From positions 1-64,000 of IMG/VR virus record IMGVR_UViG_2930337131_000001: a DNA stretch of 64,000 bases; one strand, written 5' to 3'. Below the pieces are notes generated by a model. It saw only the letters and a list, made by a program, of their open reading frames with translations, ran no database searches and was not told where the DNA came from. The position numbers and the translations under genes are program-made. Of this stretch, positions 18,580 to 27,437 are shown one piece after another (the stretch's first letter is position 1; each line of letters opens with the position of its first letter). The stretch comes from a virus. Taxonomy: Duplodnaviria > Caudoviricetes.

Positions 18580-18945
18580 GTGAAGACCCACCGCCCGCAG
18601 TCCGAGCAGCACTCCCGCCTGATCGTCGCCCTCGGCGCTGGCCTGCTCGTGTTCGCCCTGGTGGTGCTGTTCGCCGCCCTGGTCGCCGACGACGACAGCG
18701 ACAGCAGCTCCCACCGCTGCCCGGGGTACGCCGTCGGCACCGTCGACCCGTACACCTGCCTCCCGTACAGCCACGGCCACGGCCACGGCCACGGCGCAGG
18801 GGCGACTACCAAGCATCCCGGGAGCAGCGCCCGCCGGCCCGCGCAGCCGCGGCCGAAGGCGCCCGTCGCGAAGGTCCCGGCCGCGCCCAAGCCAGCGGCG
18901 CCGAAGGCCCCCGCCGCGCCCCCGCGGCTCTCCCTGAAGAAGTGA
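18580..18945 (+). CDS. single-pass membrane protein with Pro/Lys-rich tail
   Basis: Hydrophobic helix; HG repeat; PK-rich end. Confidence 0.6.
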   Translation: MKTHRPQSEQHSRLIVALGAGLLVFALVVLFAALVADDDSDSSSHRCPGYAVGTVDPYTCLPYSHGHGHGHGAGATTKHPGSSARRPAQPRPKAPVAKVPAAPKPAAPKAPAAPPRLSLKK

Positions 18946-18948
18946 CCG

Positions 18949-18986
18949 CGCGACACAAGCCGTCCGCGCCCGGCACCGTCCGCGCG
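18949..18986 (+). promoter_or_regulatory. Class B promoter-like motif
   Basis: CGCGAC-N19-CACCGT-CCGCGCG. Confidence 0.55.
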
Positions 18987-19014
18987 CCTGTCCACCCCGT
19001 ACGGAAGGAACCCC

Positions 19015-19350
19015 GTGTCTGACACCGCCCCGGCCTCGGACGAGCTCGAGCTGATCTCCGACAACCGCTGTGTGCGCTACAACCGCGCGATCCTCGCCCT
19101 GCTCCTGGTGAACCTCGCCGCCACCGTCGGGTTCGGCGTCCTCGGCGTGCACGACCGCCACCAGGACGCGAAGCCGAACCCGAAGCCGTCGCACACTGCG
19201 ACGTCCACGCCCAGGCCGAGCGCGACCCCGTCCGCGCCGGAGCCGTCCAGCTCGCCCACCCCGGGCCCGTCGCTCTCGTTCCCCCCGGACCCGACCGGCA
19301 GTGCGTGCAACATCTTCGACCCCGAGTGCGACAGCGGCGCCTCGAGCTGA
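19015..19350 (+). CDS. single-pass membrane protein with Pro/Ser/Thr stalk
   Basis: AAGGA RBS; TM helix; CNIFDPEC end. Confidence 0.6.
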   Translation: MSDTAPASDELELISDNRCVRYNRAILALLLVNLAATVGFGVLGVHDRHQDAKPNPKPSHTATSTPRPSATPSAPEPSSSPTPGPSLSFPPDPTGSACNIFDPECDSGASS

Positions 19351-19598
19351 CCTCCCCGCACTGCTGCGCCCCGGCCGGACGACTCCCCGGCCGGGGCGCA
19401 GTCATGTCCGGCCCCCAGGCCCCGCGGCCGGCCGAGGGTGACCGCCCAGTAACCCAGCAGCGGACACAAAACCTCCACATCAGGAAGGGTGCGCTCCCGC
19501 TCGCCGCACGTCCGCGGCCGCCGACCGGTGGCCACGTGCCGCGGGCAGAAGGGAGCAGCGTGCAACCGCACGTCATGAAGGCAATGCACGACTGGCGC

Positions 19599-20027
19599 AT
19601 GAGCTGGGACGACCAGCAGTTCGCGGCACAACAGGCCTTCACCGCGGCGTTCCCCGCCCTCACCCCGGCGGAGAAGTGCCAGTGCTTCGGCCCGACCCTG
19701 CGCTGGAAGACCCTCGGCGAGGGCGAGGGCAAGGTGTGCCTGGACGACCACGGGCGCGCCACGATCGAGTTCGAACGCGTCCCCAAGGCCGTGGTCGGCC
19801 AGGCCATGAAGGAGACGTGGGGCGCCGACTGGTTCGACGAGGGCCCCGGCGGGTTCGCCGTGGCGGAGCCAGGCAGCTACCACTACGAGGACGAGCAGAC
19901 GTACGCGGAGTACCAGTTCGACGTCCACGACGACGGGACCGTCACGTTCTGGATCTCCTACGTGAAGATCGACGACATCGTGACGATCCTCGACGAGCTC
20001 GAGCAGGCCCTGGCCGCGCACCGCTGA
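19599..20027 (+). CDS. acidic hypothetical protein (start uncertain)
   Basis: Codon bias from about 19575 onward. Confidence 0.65.
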   Translation: MSWDDQQFAAQQAFTAAFPALTPAEKCQCFGPTLRWKTLGEGEGKVCLDDHGRATIEFERVPKAVVGQAMKETWGADWFDEGPGGFAVAEPGSYHYEDEQTYAEYQFDVHDDGTVTFWISYVKIDDIVTILDELEQALAAHR

Positions 20028-20037
20028 TGCGGGCTCG

Positions 20038-20083
20038 AGGTGACGTGACGCGATGCCCGGGTCCGTACCGCGTCACGTCACCT
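20038..20083. repeat. 15-16-15 inverted repeat AGGTGACGTGACGCG (site L)
   Basis: Arms 20038-20052 and 20069-20083. Confidence 0.8.
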
Positions 20084-20101
20084 GCCCGGCAGAATGGCGG
20101 C

Positions 20102-20650
20102 ATGGACTCCACCGTCGCGTTCACCGCCGCCCTGGCCGTCACCACCGCGGGCGGGATCGCGGTCCACCTCCTGGTGCGCGCCCAGACGGCCGCGGCCGTC
20201 CCCGGGCCGGTCGTCGACGGCCAGGCGCTGAGGCGTACGCACGAGCGGCGCGCCGAGACGTACACCGAGTTCTCCACGGCCGCGGGCCAGATCGCCGCCA
20301 TGGTCATGGTGTGGTCGCACCTGCCGCAGGACGCCCGGCCCCACGCGCTCGACCAGGCGCGCGCCCATCTGCAGACCCTGCGCGCTCAGCACGTGGCAGT
20401 GCTGGCCGACTCCGACACGGCCATCCGGGAGGCCGCGGCCGCGGTCGTCGCCGACTCCGAGCGGCTCGTCGACGCGCTCGTCCTGGACGCCGACCCGGGC
20501 CCGGAGGAGCTGCGCCTCGCCGCGGCGCATGACCTCACCCTGCCGTTCCTCCGGGCGTGCCGGGCGTACCTCGAGGCCGAGTCCGAACGGCACTTCGGTC
20601 TCCGCCCCGCCGCCGGGCGCAGCCTGTTCGGTCGCCTCTCCGCGAGGTGA
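20102..20650 (+). CDS. membrane-anchored helical protein
   Basis: N-terminal TM then helical domain; bracketed by sites L and R. Confidence 0.65.
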   Translation: MDSTVAFTAALAVTTAGGIAVHLLVRAQTAAAVPGPVVDGQALRRTHERRAETYTEFSTAAGQIAAMVMVWSHLPQDARPHALDQARAHLQTLRAQHVAVLADSDTAIREAAAAVVADSERLVDALVLDADPGPEELRLAAAHDLTLPFLRACRAYLEAESERHFGLRPAAGRSLFGRLSAR

Positions 20651-20690
20651 CGTGACGCGCCCAGAGCTGCGGATTCGCGTCACGTCACCT
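20645..20690. repeat. 15-16-15 inverted repeat AGGTGACGTGACGCG (site R)
   Basis: Arms 20645-20659 and 20676-20690, same arms as site L. Confidence 0.8.
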
Positions 20691-20707
20691 CACGGCGCAC
20701 CGTAGCG

Positions 20708-20745
20708 CGCGACGCAAGCCCCGCCCGTTCGTACGGTCCGCGGTC
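20708..20745 (+). promoter_or_regulatory. Class B promoter-like motif
   Basis: CGCGAC-N18-TACGGT-CCGCGGTC-ATG. Confidence 0.55.
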
Positions 20746-21138
20746 ATGTCTCCGACTGCCGCACTGCCCCGTACCCGGATCGCCGGCCTCGCGGCCCGCG
20801 CCCGGAACATCGTCGACTCCGGCCTGGTCTCCCGCACGACGGCCGTTCCCGACTGGCCCGCCCGCCTGGAGCAGCTCCACCGCCTGACTGCGACCCCCGC
20901 CGCCGACCGGAGCGCCGCCATCGCGCGGCTCGACGACCGCGTCGTGTGCGACCTCCTGATCCTGTCGTACCTGCACAACGGCACCCCGTACGCCCTGTGG
21001 GCGGACAACCTGGCCGGGTTCGCCGAGGACGTCCTGGGCGCGCCGACCTGGGCGCACCTGCAGACGTTCGTCGACTTCCTCGCCTGGAGGGACCCGGGCG
21101 CTCGAGTTCCCCGGCCCGCTGCCCCCGGCCCTCGGTAG
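20746..21138 (+). CDS. hypothetical protein
   Basis: 130 aa, codon bias. Confidence 0.65.
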   Translation: MSPTAALPRTRIAGLAARARNIVDSGLVSRTTAVPDWPARLEQLHRLTATPAADRSAAIARLDDRVVCDLLILSYLHNGTPYALWADNLAGFAEDVLGAPTWAHLQTFVDFLAWRDPGARVPRPAAPGPR

Positions 21139-21273
21139 GCTCTGCCTCGGAGACCTCGTCGGACTCCCCCTCTTGGGCCCCGCGCGGCGGGGATGCAGCC
21201 CGTTCCGACCGGGCTGACCGCGCGCGCCCGGCCCCGGGCCGCGCTCGTCCGCCGCCCATGAGGAGATCCCTCG

Positions 21274-21867
21274 ATGCCCACCCCTAAGCACGTCCTGGTC
21301 GTCCCCGTCGCAGAGGGCGGCGAGTTCGTTCTCGCGCACGCCCTGGACAGCGGGATCCGCGTCTGGACGCGGGGCCTGACCCGCCGCGTCGACGAGCGGC
21401 CCCGACGACTCCGCGGTGTCGCCGCCCCGCTGTACGGCGGAACCATCAGCGACATGGCGCCCCTGGCCGACTTCGTGGCCGACTTCCTGGAGCACGCCGT
21501 CGACGACCCGGCCATGCCGCTGACTCTGGGCCGGATCCGCGACACCCGGCCGATCGTCGCGCGGACCAACTCCGACGCCCTGTCCAGCCGCATGCACTTC
21601 TCGTACCGCTCCATGTCGCCGCTGCACACCGTCGGCCCGTGGGACGGTGCCGCGGCCGAGCTGCTCCTCAGCCGCGTGCGGGGCGCGGACTTCCGGCACA
21701 TGGGGTTCTTCGCCACCGGTCTGCCGGAGCTCCCCGCCGGCGCCACCCCGGACGCCCTGCCCGCCGCGGTCATCAGCCGGGAGCGCGCCGAGTTCCTCGC
21801 CGAGTGGCTGCACGCTTCGGCCGGGCAGGTCCTCCACCACCTGGGGCGCGACTTCCAGCGCCGGTGA
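21274..21867 (+). CDS. hypothetical protein
   Basis: GAGGAG RBS, 197 aa. Confidence 0.7.
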   Translation: MPTPKHVLVVPVAEGGEFVLAHALDSGIRVWTRGLTRRVDERPRRLRGVAAPLYGGTISDMAPLADFVADFLEHAVDDPAMPLTLGRIRDTRPIVARTNSDALSSRMHFSYRSMSPLHTVGPWDGAAAELLLSRVRGADFRHMGFFATGLPELPAGATPDALPAAVISRERAEFLAEWLHASAGQVLHHLGRDFQRR

Positions 21868-21876
21868 CCGCCACCG

Positions 21877-21914
21877 CGCGACGTAAGGCGCGGCCGCCGC
21901 CCACTCTCCCCGCC
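21877..21914 (+). promoter_or_regulatory. Class B promoter-like motif
   Basis: CGCGAC-N19-CACTCT. Confidence 0.45.
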
Positions 21915-21940
21915 TCGCCCCAGGGTGCGCCCACAGGGCC

Positions 21941-22345
21941 GTGAACACCGCGGCCCGGCACCCGGGGGCAGGCGAGGAGACCAGTGCTGTGAAGGCACGA
22001 CGGCGAACCGGGCCCACCGACGTGGTGAAGGCGATCGTCTACGACCGGGACGGCGGCGCGTGCGTGCGCTGCGCCGGGCGGCAGGACCTGACCATCCACC
22101 ATCGCGTGAACCGCGGCATGGGCGGCGCCCGCGAGGCGTGGATCAACCAGGCGCACAACCTCCTGCTCGTGTGCACGGTGTGCAACTCCTGGTTCGAGGA
22201 CAACCCGCGGGAGTCGTACCAGCACGGTTGGAAGGTCCGCCGGCCGGAGCTGCCGGGCGAGGTCCTGGTGCGCTACCCCGACGGCCGGGACTACGTGCTC
22301 ACCCCCGACGGTGTGCGCTCCACGACCGTGGAGGCCGCCCGATGA
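21941..22345 (+). CDS. HNH endonuclease
   Basis: RDGGACVRC..TIHHR..RGMGG..NLLLVCTVCN. Confidence 0.85.
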   Translation: MNTAARHPGAGEETSAVKARRRTGPTDVVKAIVYDRDGGACVRCAGRQDLTIHHRVNRGMGGAREAWINQAHNLLLVCTVCNSWFEDNPRESYQHGWKVRRPELPGEVLVRYPDGRDYVLTPDGVRSTTVEAAR

Positions 22346-23169
22346 CCGGCTCCCGCCGCACCCGCGTGTTCCCGCTGACTGCCCAGTGGTACCTCGCCAC
22401 GTGGCGCAGCAAGTACCGGCTGCGCGCGAAGACCATCCGCACAAGCGTCGACGGCCGCCAGAAGATCATCGGCTTCGCTGCGACGGTCCTCGGGTTCACC
22501 GTCGCCCTCGGCGTGTTCTCCGGCTGCTGCCACACCACGCACGGCTGGTACCGCGACTTCGGCCACCGGTTCGGCCGGTACACGATCGGAGGCTGGCGAA
22601 CCGTCCGGCGCGTGCCGGTGTCGACGGGCTGGGCGTTCGGCGGGGACGGCAGCCGCATCGGTTGCACCGTCACGGTCGCCTCTCGCACCCTGATGTTCGC
22701 CAAGCTCGCCACCCGCGCCGACCTACACGCGAGTTGCCAGTGCCACAGGCCCCGCTCGTTCTGGACCGAGAAGCGGGTACGCCTCGCCCTGCGTGCCGTG
22801 ACCGTGGCCCTCGTCGCCCTGGACGTGGTGCTCGTCGCCCTCGCCTGGTGCTTGTGGCCCGTGTCGTACCTGGTCACGGCCGCGTACACCGTGTGGGTGG
22901 CGCTGACGTGGGTCAAGCGGCCGCACTTCCTGGACGTCGGCCGGTTCACCGCCGGCGTCTGGCGCGTGCACCCGGGCACGAACACGCCGATCCTCGGCCT
23001 GTTCTGGGCGCGGCACGGCGCCGGTCCCAAGGGTCCGAAGGCTGGCCTCGAGCTCGTCATCGGCGGGTACGGCATGGCTGCCTTCGCTCTGATGCCGCGC
23101 AGCGAGTGGCCCGCCTACAAGCAGGCGAAGGCCGAACGGCGCGCCCGACGCAAGGAGCTCGAGGCATGA
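22342..23169 (+). CDS. membrane protein
   Basis: ATGA overlap; hydrophobic helices. Confidence 0.65.
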   Translation: MTGSRRTRVFPLTAQWYLATWRSKYRLRAKTIRTSVDGRQKIIGFAATVLGFTVALGVFSGCCHTTHGWYRDFGHRFGRYTIGGWRTVRRVPVSTGWAFGGDGSRIGCTVTVASRTLMFAKLATRADLHASCQCHRPRSFWTEKRVRLALRAVTVALVALDVVLVALAWCLWPVSYLVTAAYTVWVALTWVKRPHFLDVGRFTAGVWRVHPGTNTPILGLFWARHGAGPKGPKAGLELVIGGYGMAAFALMPRSEWPAYKQAKAERRARRKELEA

Positions 23170-23420
23170 GCCCCCGGATGCAGCGCACGATGCGCGCCCC
23201 TCGAGGCCTGCGCCTGGGCCCGGTCTGGCTGTGGGCCGCGCGCGTCCCCCAGGGCCCGGCTCTCGGGTACGGGCCGATCGCGACGACCGACACTCCCCGC
23301 AACCCAGCTCCCGGCCAGCAGTACATGCGCGAGGGCAGCGGCCGCGTCCTGGTCCTGGGCGGCATCGCGTTCGCGGTGCTCCGCTGCAGGTCAGTGCCCG
23401 TGCCCGCGCGGCACTCCTGA
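23166..23420 (+). CDS. hypothetical protein
   Basis: ATGA overlap with previous gene. Confidence 0.55.
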   Translation: MSPRMQRTMRAPRGLRLGPVWLWAARVPQGPALGYGPIATTDTPRNPAPGQQYMREGSGRVLVLGGIAFAVLRCRSVPVPARHS

Positions 23421-23428
23421 CAGGGTGA

Positions 23429-23448
23429 TTTACCTGGGTGTACTATTC
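23429..23448 (+). promoter_or_regulatory. Class A promoter box without hairpin leader
   Basis: TTTACCTGGGTGTACTATTC. Confidence 0.6.
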
Positions 23449-23528
23449 TCCGCGTTGCGGCGGGATGGGGCTTCCCCAGTCGCCGCAGCCGGCGCAAGAC
23501 CGCGCCACGGAAACGGAGAACAGCCACC

Positions 23529-24149
23529 ATGCCCAAGGCTGGGATCACCTACGGCCCGCGTATCGCGGCCCCGGACTACGAGCAGATTGCCCGTGACGCC
23601 GAGCGCCAGGTCCTCGAGGAGCTCGGCCTCGAGCGTGCCGAGGACCTGGTCGCCAAGGCGCGCCCCGACACCCTGGTCGTCAAGGCCGCGGAAGTCCTGC
23701 AGCAGGCGGACGCGGAGCTCGCGGCCTACCTCGGCGACCGGGACCGGGCGCTCGCGCACCTGTGGTTCTACGAGCAGCGCCTGGGCCTGGCGAAGACCGT
23801 GGGCCTGACGAACATCGGCTACCGGCAGATCCTCGCGAAGATGATGACCGGCGACAAGCGGGGCGACCTGCCGGCGAACCTGTCGAACGAGGAGCTCGTC
23901 AAGGCCGCGGAGGAGGCGGGCATCGAGCGCGTCGAGAACGCCGAGGCGAAGCTCCTGGAGACGGCCCCGATCGTGTTCGCCGCCCGGACCCGCCGGGACG
24001 TCGCCGTGCGCTACATGCAGGAGGCGGTGCTCGCCCTGTCGCAGGAGCCCTACGGCTGGTCGCCCGACCGGATCGCCGAACACGCGGGCGTCCACCGTGA
24101 CTTGATCTACAAGCAGCGCCGGACGGCCCGCAAGCGCCACGGCATGTGA
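23529..24149 (+). CDS. helix-turn-helix DNA-binding protein
   Basis: C-terminal WSPDRIAEHAGVHRDLIYK; second HTH-like LAKTVGLTNIGYRQIL. Confidence 0.7.
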   Translation: MPKAGITYGPRIAAPDYEQIARDAERQVLEELGLERAEDLVAKARPDTLVVKAAEVLQQADAELAAYLGDRDRALAHLWFYEQRLGLAKTVGLTNIGYRQILAKMMTGDKRGDLPANLSNEELVKAAEEAGIERVENAEAKLLETAPIVFAARTRRDVAVRYMQEAVLALSQEPYGWSPDRIAEHAGVHRDLIYKQRRTARKRHGM

Positions 24150-24167
24150 CCCCCACCAGCTCCACCC

Positions 24168-24195
24168 ACCGGCCCTACGGGGCCGGTTCTTTTTT
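24168..24195 (+). terminator. intrinsic terminator
   Basis: ACCGGCCC-TACG-GGGCCGGT followed by TCTTTTTT. Confidence 0.85.
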
Positions 24196-24213
24196 GCCCG
24201 CCCCGCAGGTCAT

Positions 24214-24310
24214 ACCGGGGACGGGTTCCTGGGCCCCGGTCACCGGAGACGGGTTACCGGGCGCCGGTTTAGCGGTCGCCGGAGTTCCGGCCCCCGGGTA
24301 ACTGGGCCCC
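24214..24310. repeat. degenerate 14-15 bp tandem repeats (iteron-like)
   Basis: ACCGGGGACGGGTT / ACCGGAGACGGGTT and related units, followed by an AT-richer stretch. Confidence 0.5.
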
Positions 24311-24476
24311 TTTAGTAAGAAGATCAAGTACATCCATCAAGTCTGTTCCGATGCCTTCGCTTCGCTCAGGCATCGGCGGGTGCTGGGGCTTGCTAGAGCT
24401 CGAGCGGCGACAAGCGCAGCAGCAGCGGCAGGGGAGCGGCTGTCACAGAATCGGATCACCTGGCGTTCCCCCGGGC

Positions 24477-25322
24477 ATGACGATGCGATCCATGCCCACG
24501 CGCACGATGCTCCCGCCGCACCTGACCCGGCACTACTACGAGACTCAGCGGCGGCTCCTCCTCGAGGAGGGCATGGACACCAAGCCCTGGTACCGGCTCA
24601 CCCCGGCAGAGCGGGCCTCCGTGGAGCAGCAGGTCGAGATACTCCGCCAGGCGATCCGCGCGGCCGAGGAGGAGCAGGACCTCGTCGCCCAGTACAACGC
24701 CCCGCCAGCCGCCGACATCCCGGCCGCGGAGGACAGCCCCGCCCCGGAGCCCTGCGACTGCATGGGCTGCACGATGCGCGCCACGTTCACCGAGCTGCTG
24801 AAGGAGGCGTACAAGCCCCTCGGCTGGACCGTGTCGGAGCCCAGTGGCCCGCTCGAGCCGTTCTCCGTCAACGTGGTCCCGCTCGACACCCGCCGCTGGG
24901 GCGTCCCGCTGACCCGGGAGGAGGAGGCCCGCCTGGCGGCCGCCACCGACGAGGCGTTCGGGAAGCTGACTCTCATCACGGCCGGCATCGACTTCGCTGT
25001 CCTGACGGGCCCCGCCCCCATGGGCCCGATCACCTTCGGGCCCGCCGATCCCAAGCCGCAGGATGCCGCGCTCCGTGCTGCCGCCGAGGCCGCGATCCGG
25101 AAGTGGGAGGCCGAGGGTCGCCCGCTCAAGCTGATCTATCCGCCGGAGCCGATCAAGTTCCAGAAGACGCCCGGCGCCAACTGGATCGACACGGCCGCGC
25201 TGGAGAAGGATCTCCGCCGCCGGTACGGGAGCCCGTTCGAGGCCATGCGCCGCGAGTACTGGGCGCAGTGGCGGATCGCGCCCCAGAGCCCGCTCAGGGG
25301 TGTAACGGATTTCCTCGGCTGA
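24477..25322 (+). CDS. hypothetical protein (start uncertain)
   Basis: Codon bias; CDCMGC motif. Confidence 0.65.
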   Translation: MTMRSMPTRTMLPPHLTRHYYETQRRLLLEEGMDTKPWYRLTPAERASVEQQVEILRQAIRAAEEEQDLVAQYNAPPAADIPAAEDSPAPEPCDCMGCTMRATFTELLKEAYKPLGWTVSEPSGPLEPFSVNVVPLDTRRWGVPLTREEEARLAAATDEAFGKLTLITAGIDFAVLTGPAPMGPITFGPADPKPQDAALRAAAEAAIRKWEAEGRPLKLIYPPEPIKFQKTPGANWIDTAALEKDLRRRYGSPFEAMRREYWAQWRIAPQSPLRGVTDFLG

Positions 25323-25552
25323 CGTACTACAGGTGTGGCTGGCTGACAGACCCCGAATCGCTCCCGGGTAAAGCAGCTCCAGCCAGCACCCCCCGAAGAC
25401 CGGGGGCGCCCCCGCTCCACCTCCCCGGAGCAGGGCCGCCCCCGGCAAGACTTCCGGCACCCACGCTGATCCCTTCCCCGGGTGGCGTCTCCAAAGGAGT
25501 GCCGGATCCCGCGGCCTGGCCGACGGTCTGGGCATGGACCGTTCGGCCAGGC

Positions 25553-25590
25553 CGCGACACTAGATCCCTCCGCGCTGCACCTTCCGCGGC
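25553..25590 (+). promoter_or_regulatory. Class B promoter-like motif before terL
   Basis: CGCGAC-N19-CACCTT-CCGCGGC-ATG. Confidence 0.6.
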
Positions 25591-27387
25591 ATGTCCCGCA
25601 CGCAGCCCCCCACCTCGAGACTCCGCGTCGCCCCCGCACGCGAGGAGCTGCAGCGCTCACGGAAGCCCGGCGTCGTCTCCCGGGACGCCGCCAACGTCGC
25701 CGACATCCTGCTGCGCGCTCCCGTCGCCGCCCGCCGCCACGCCTTCAAGTACGACATCAGCGTCCGCGAGCGGCCGTACGTCATGCGGGAAGTGGAGCGG
25801 GCCACCGGCTCCATGTACGGCCTGTGGCGGGACACCCCATCGGGCTTCGTCGAGGACGTCCTGGGCGAGTCCATATGGAGCCTGCAGCGCGAGGTCCTCG
25901 ACGCGCTCGTCGACCACAAGCGCGTCGCCGTCCCCGCAGGCTTCGGCGTCGGCAAGACCCACCTGGCCGCGCGCGCCGCCGTCTGGTTCGTCAACGTCTA
26001 CCCGGTCGGCACCGCGCTGTGCATCACCACCGCCACCCGCTTCCGCCAGGTCCAGCGGCAGCTCTGGCCCCACATCCGGAAAGTCGTCCCCCGCGCCGGC
26101 CTGCCCGGAGCCTGCGACACCGTCCAGTACAAGATGCCGACCCCGCAGGGGCACGACTTCGTCGCCGCCTACGGCTTCTCCGCGCCCGCCAACGACGAGG
26201 CCGCGATGCAGGGCATCCACATGGCCCACATCCTCCTGATCGTCGACGAGGCGGGCGGTATCGCCCCGATGATCGGCCACGGCACCAACAACCTCCTGAC
26301 CGGCGGCCACGCGGCGATGCTGGCCATCGGCAACCCGGCCATGGACGACCCGGCGAGCTGGTTCGAGGAACTGTGCATCGAGGGCGACGACCCCGACGAG
26401 CCGACGACCATCACCCTGCCGATCTCCTCCCTCGACTCCCCGGCGATCACGGGGGAGCGGGTGCCGTACTGCACGGACTGCCCCGACTCCACGCACGACC
26501 GGCACACCCTCGCCCGGCACATGCCAGACCAGGACTGGGTGGACCGCACCATCCGCTCGTACGGCGAAGATCACCCGTACGTCATCGCGAAGGTGTACGC
26601 GAAGTTCCCCAAGGGTGGTGGCGGTCTCGTCGTCCCGCCCACCTGGATCGACAGCGCCCTGAGCGCCCCGAACCCGGACGGTCCCGGCTGGCACCGCCTG
26701 TGCGACCTCGGCCTCGAGGGCGAGACCGGCACGCACACCGTGAAAGAGGGTGCCTGGGTCCGCCTGGGCGTCGACGTCGCCGCCGACGGTGGCGATGAGT
26801 TCACCATCGCCCGCTCCGTCGGGGACGTCGTCGAGAACCGGCACGCCTCCGCCGGCTCCGCCAACGACAACCAGGTCAAGGTCGCCGAACGCGTCCTCGA
26901 GGAGATCCTCGCCGCGCAGCGCCTGGCCGACGCCCTGGGCTCCCCGCACCCCGTCCGCGTCAAGGTCGACAAGAACGGCATCGGCCACGGCGTGACCGGC
27001 ATGCTCGAGCGCTGGGCCGAGACCGGCCGCCACAAGGCGCAGATCGTCGGCGTCATGGTCTCCGAGAACCCCACCCAGGACGACCCGGGCGCCGTCATGC
27101 GCCCGTACCGCAAGCGTGACGAGATGTGGCTCGCGACCAGGGCACTCCTGCAGCCGGATCCGTCGACCGGCACCGGCCGCCTGCGGTTCTGCTTCGACAA
27201 GAAGACCGCGGCGCAGCTCTCCACCCCGAAACTCCTGTCGAACGCCGGCGGCTACTCCGTCGTCGAGTCCAAGAAGCAGATGAAGCAGCGCGGCATGAAG
27301 TCCCCCGACCGGGCCGAGGCCGTCCTCCTGGCCCTGTACGAGCCGGAGCCGATCAACCCCCCGCGCCGCCGCGGCCTGCTCAACTAG
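25591..27387 (+). CDS. terL: phage terminase large subunit
   Basis: Walker A AGFGVGKT, Walker B LIVDEA, IGNP coupling motif, nuclease GVDVAADGGD and KSPDRAEA. Confidence 0.85.
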   Translation: MSRTQPPTSRLRVAPAREELQRSRKPGVVSRDAANVADILLRAPVAARRHAFKYDISVRERPYVMREVERATGSMYGLWRDTPSGFVEDVLGESIWSLQREVLDALVDHKRVAVPAGFGVGKTHLAARAAVWFVNVYPVGTALCITTATRFRQVQRQLWPHIRKVVPRAGLPGACDTVQYKMPTPQGHDFVAAYGFSAPANDEAAMQGIHMAHILLIVDEAGGIAPMIGHGTNNLLTGGHAAMLAIGNPAMDDPASWFEELCIEGDDPDEPTTITLPISSLDSPAITGERVPYCTDCPDSTHDRHTLARHMPDQDWVDRTIRSYGEDHPYVIAKVYAKFPKGGGGLVVPPTWIDSALSAPNPDGPGWHRLCDLGLEGETGTHTVKEGAWVRLGVDVAADGGDEFTIARSVGDVVENRHASAGSANDNQVKVAERVLEEILAAQRLADALGSPHPVRVKVDKNGIGHGVTGMLERWAETGRHKAQIVGVMVSENPTQDDPGAVMRPYRKRDEMWLATRALLQPDPSTGTGRLRFCFDKKTAAQLSTPKLLSNAGGYSVVESKKQMKQRGMKSPDRAEAVLLALYEPEPINPPRRRGLLN

Positions 27388-27437
27388 TCCGTCACAAGTG
27401 CATCCGTCGGGGCGGAAAGCGTGCAAACTCTTGTGCC

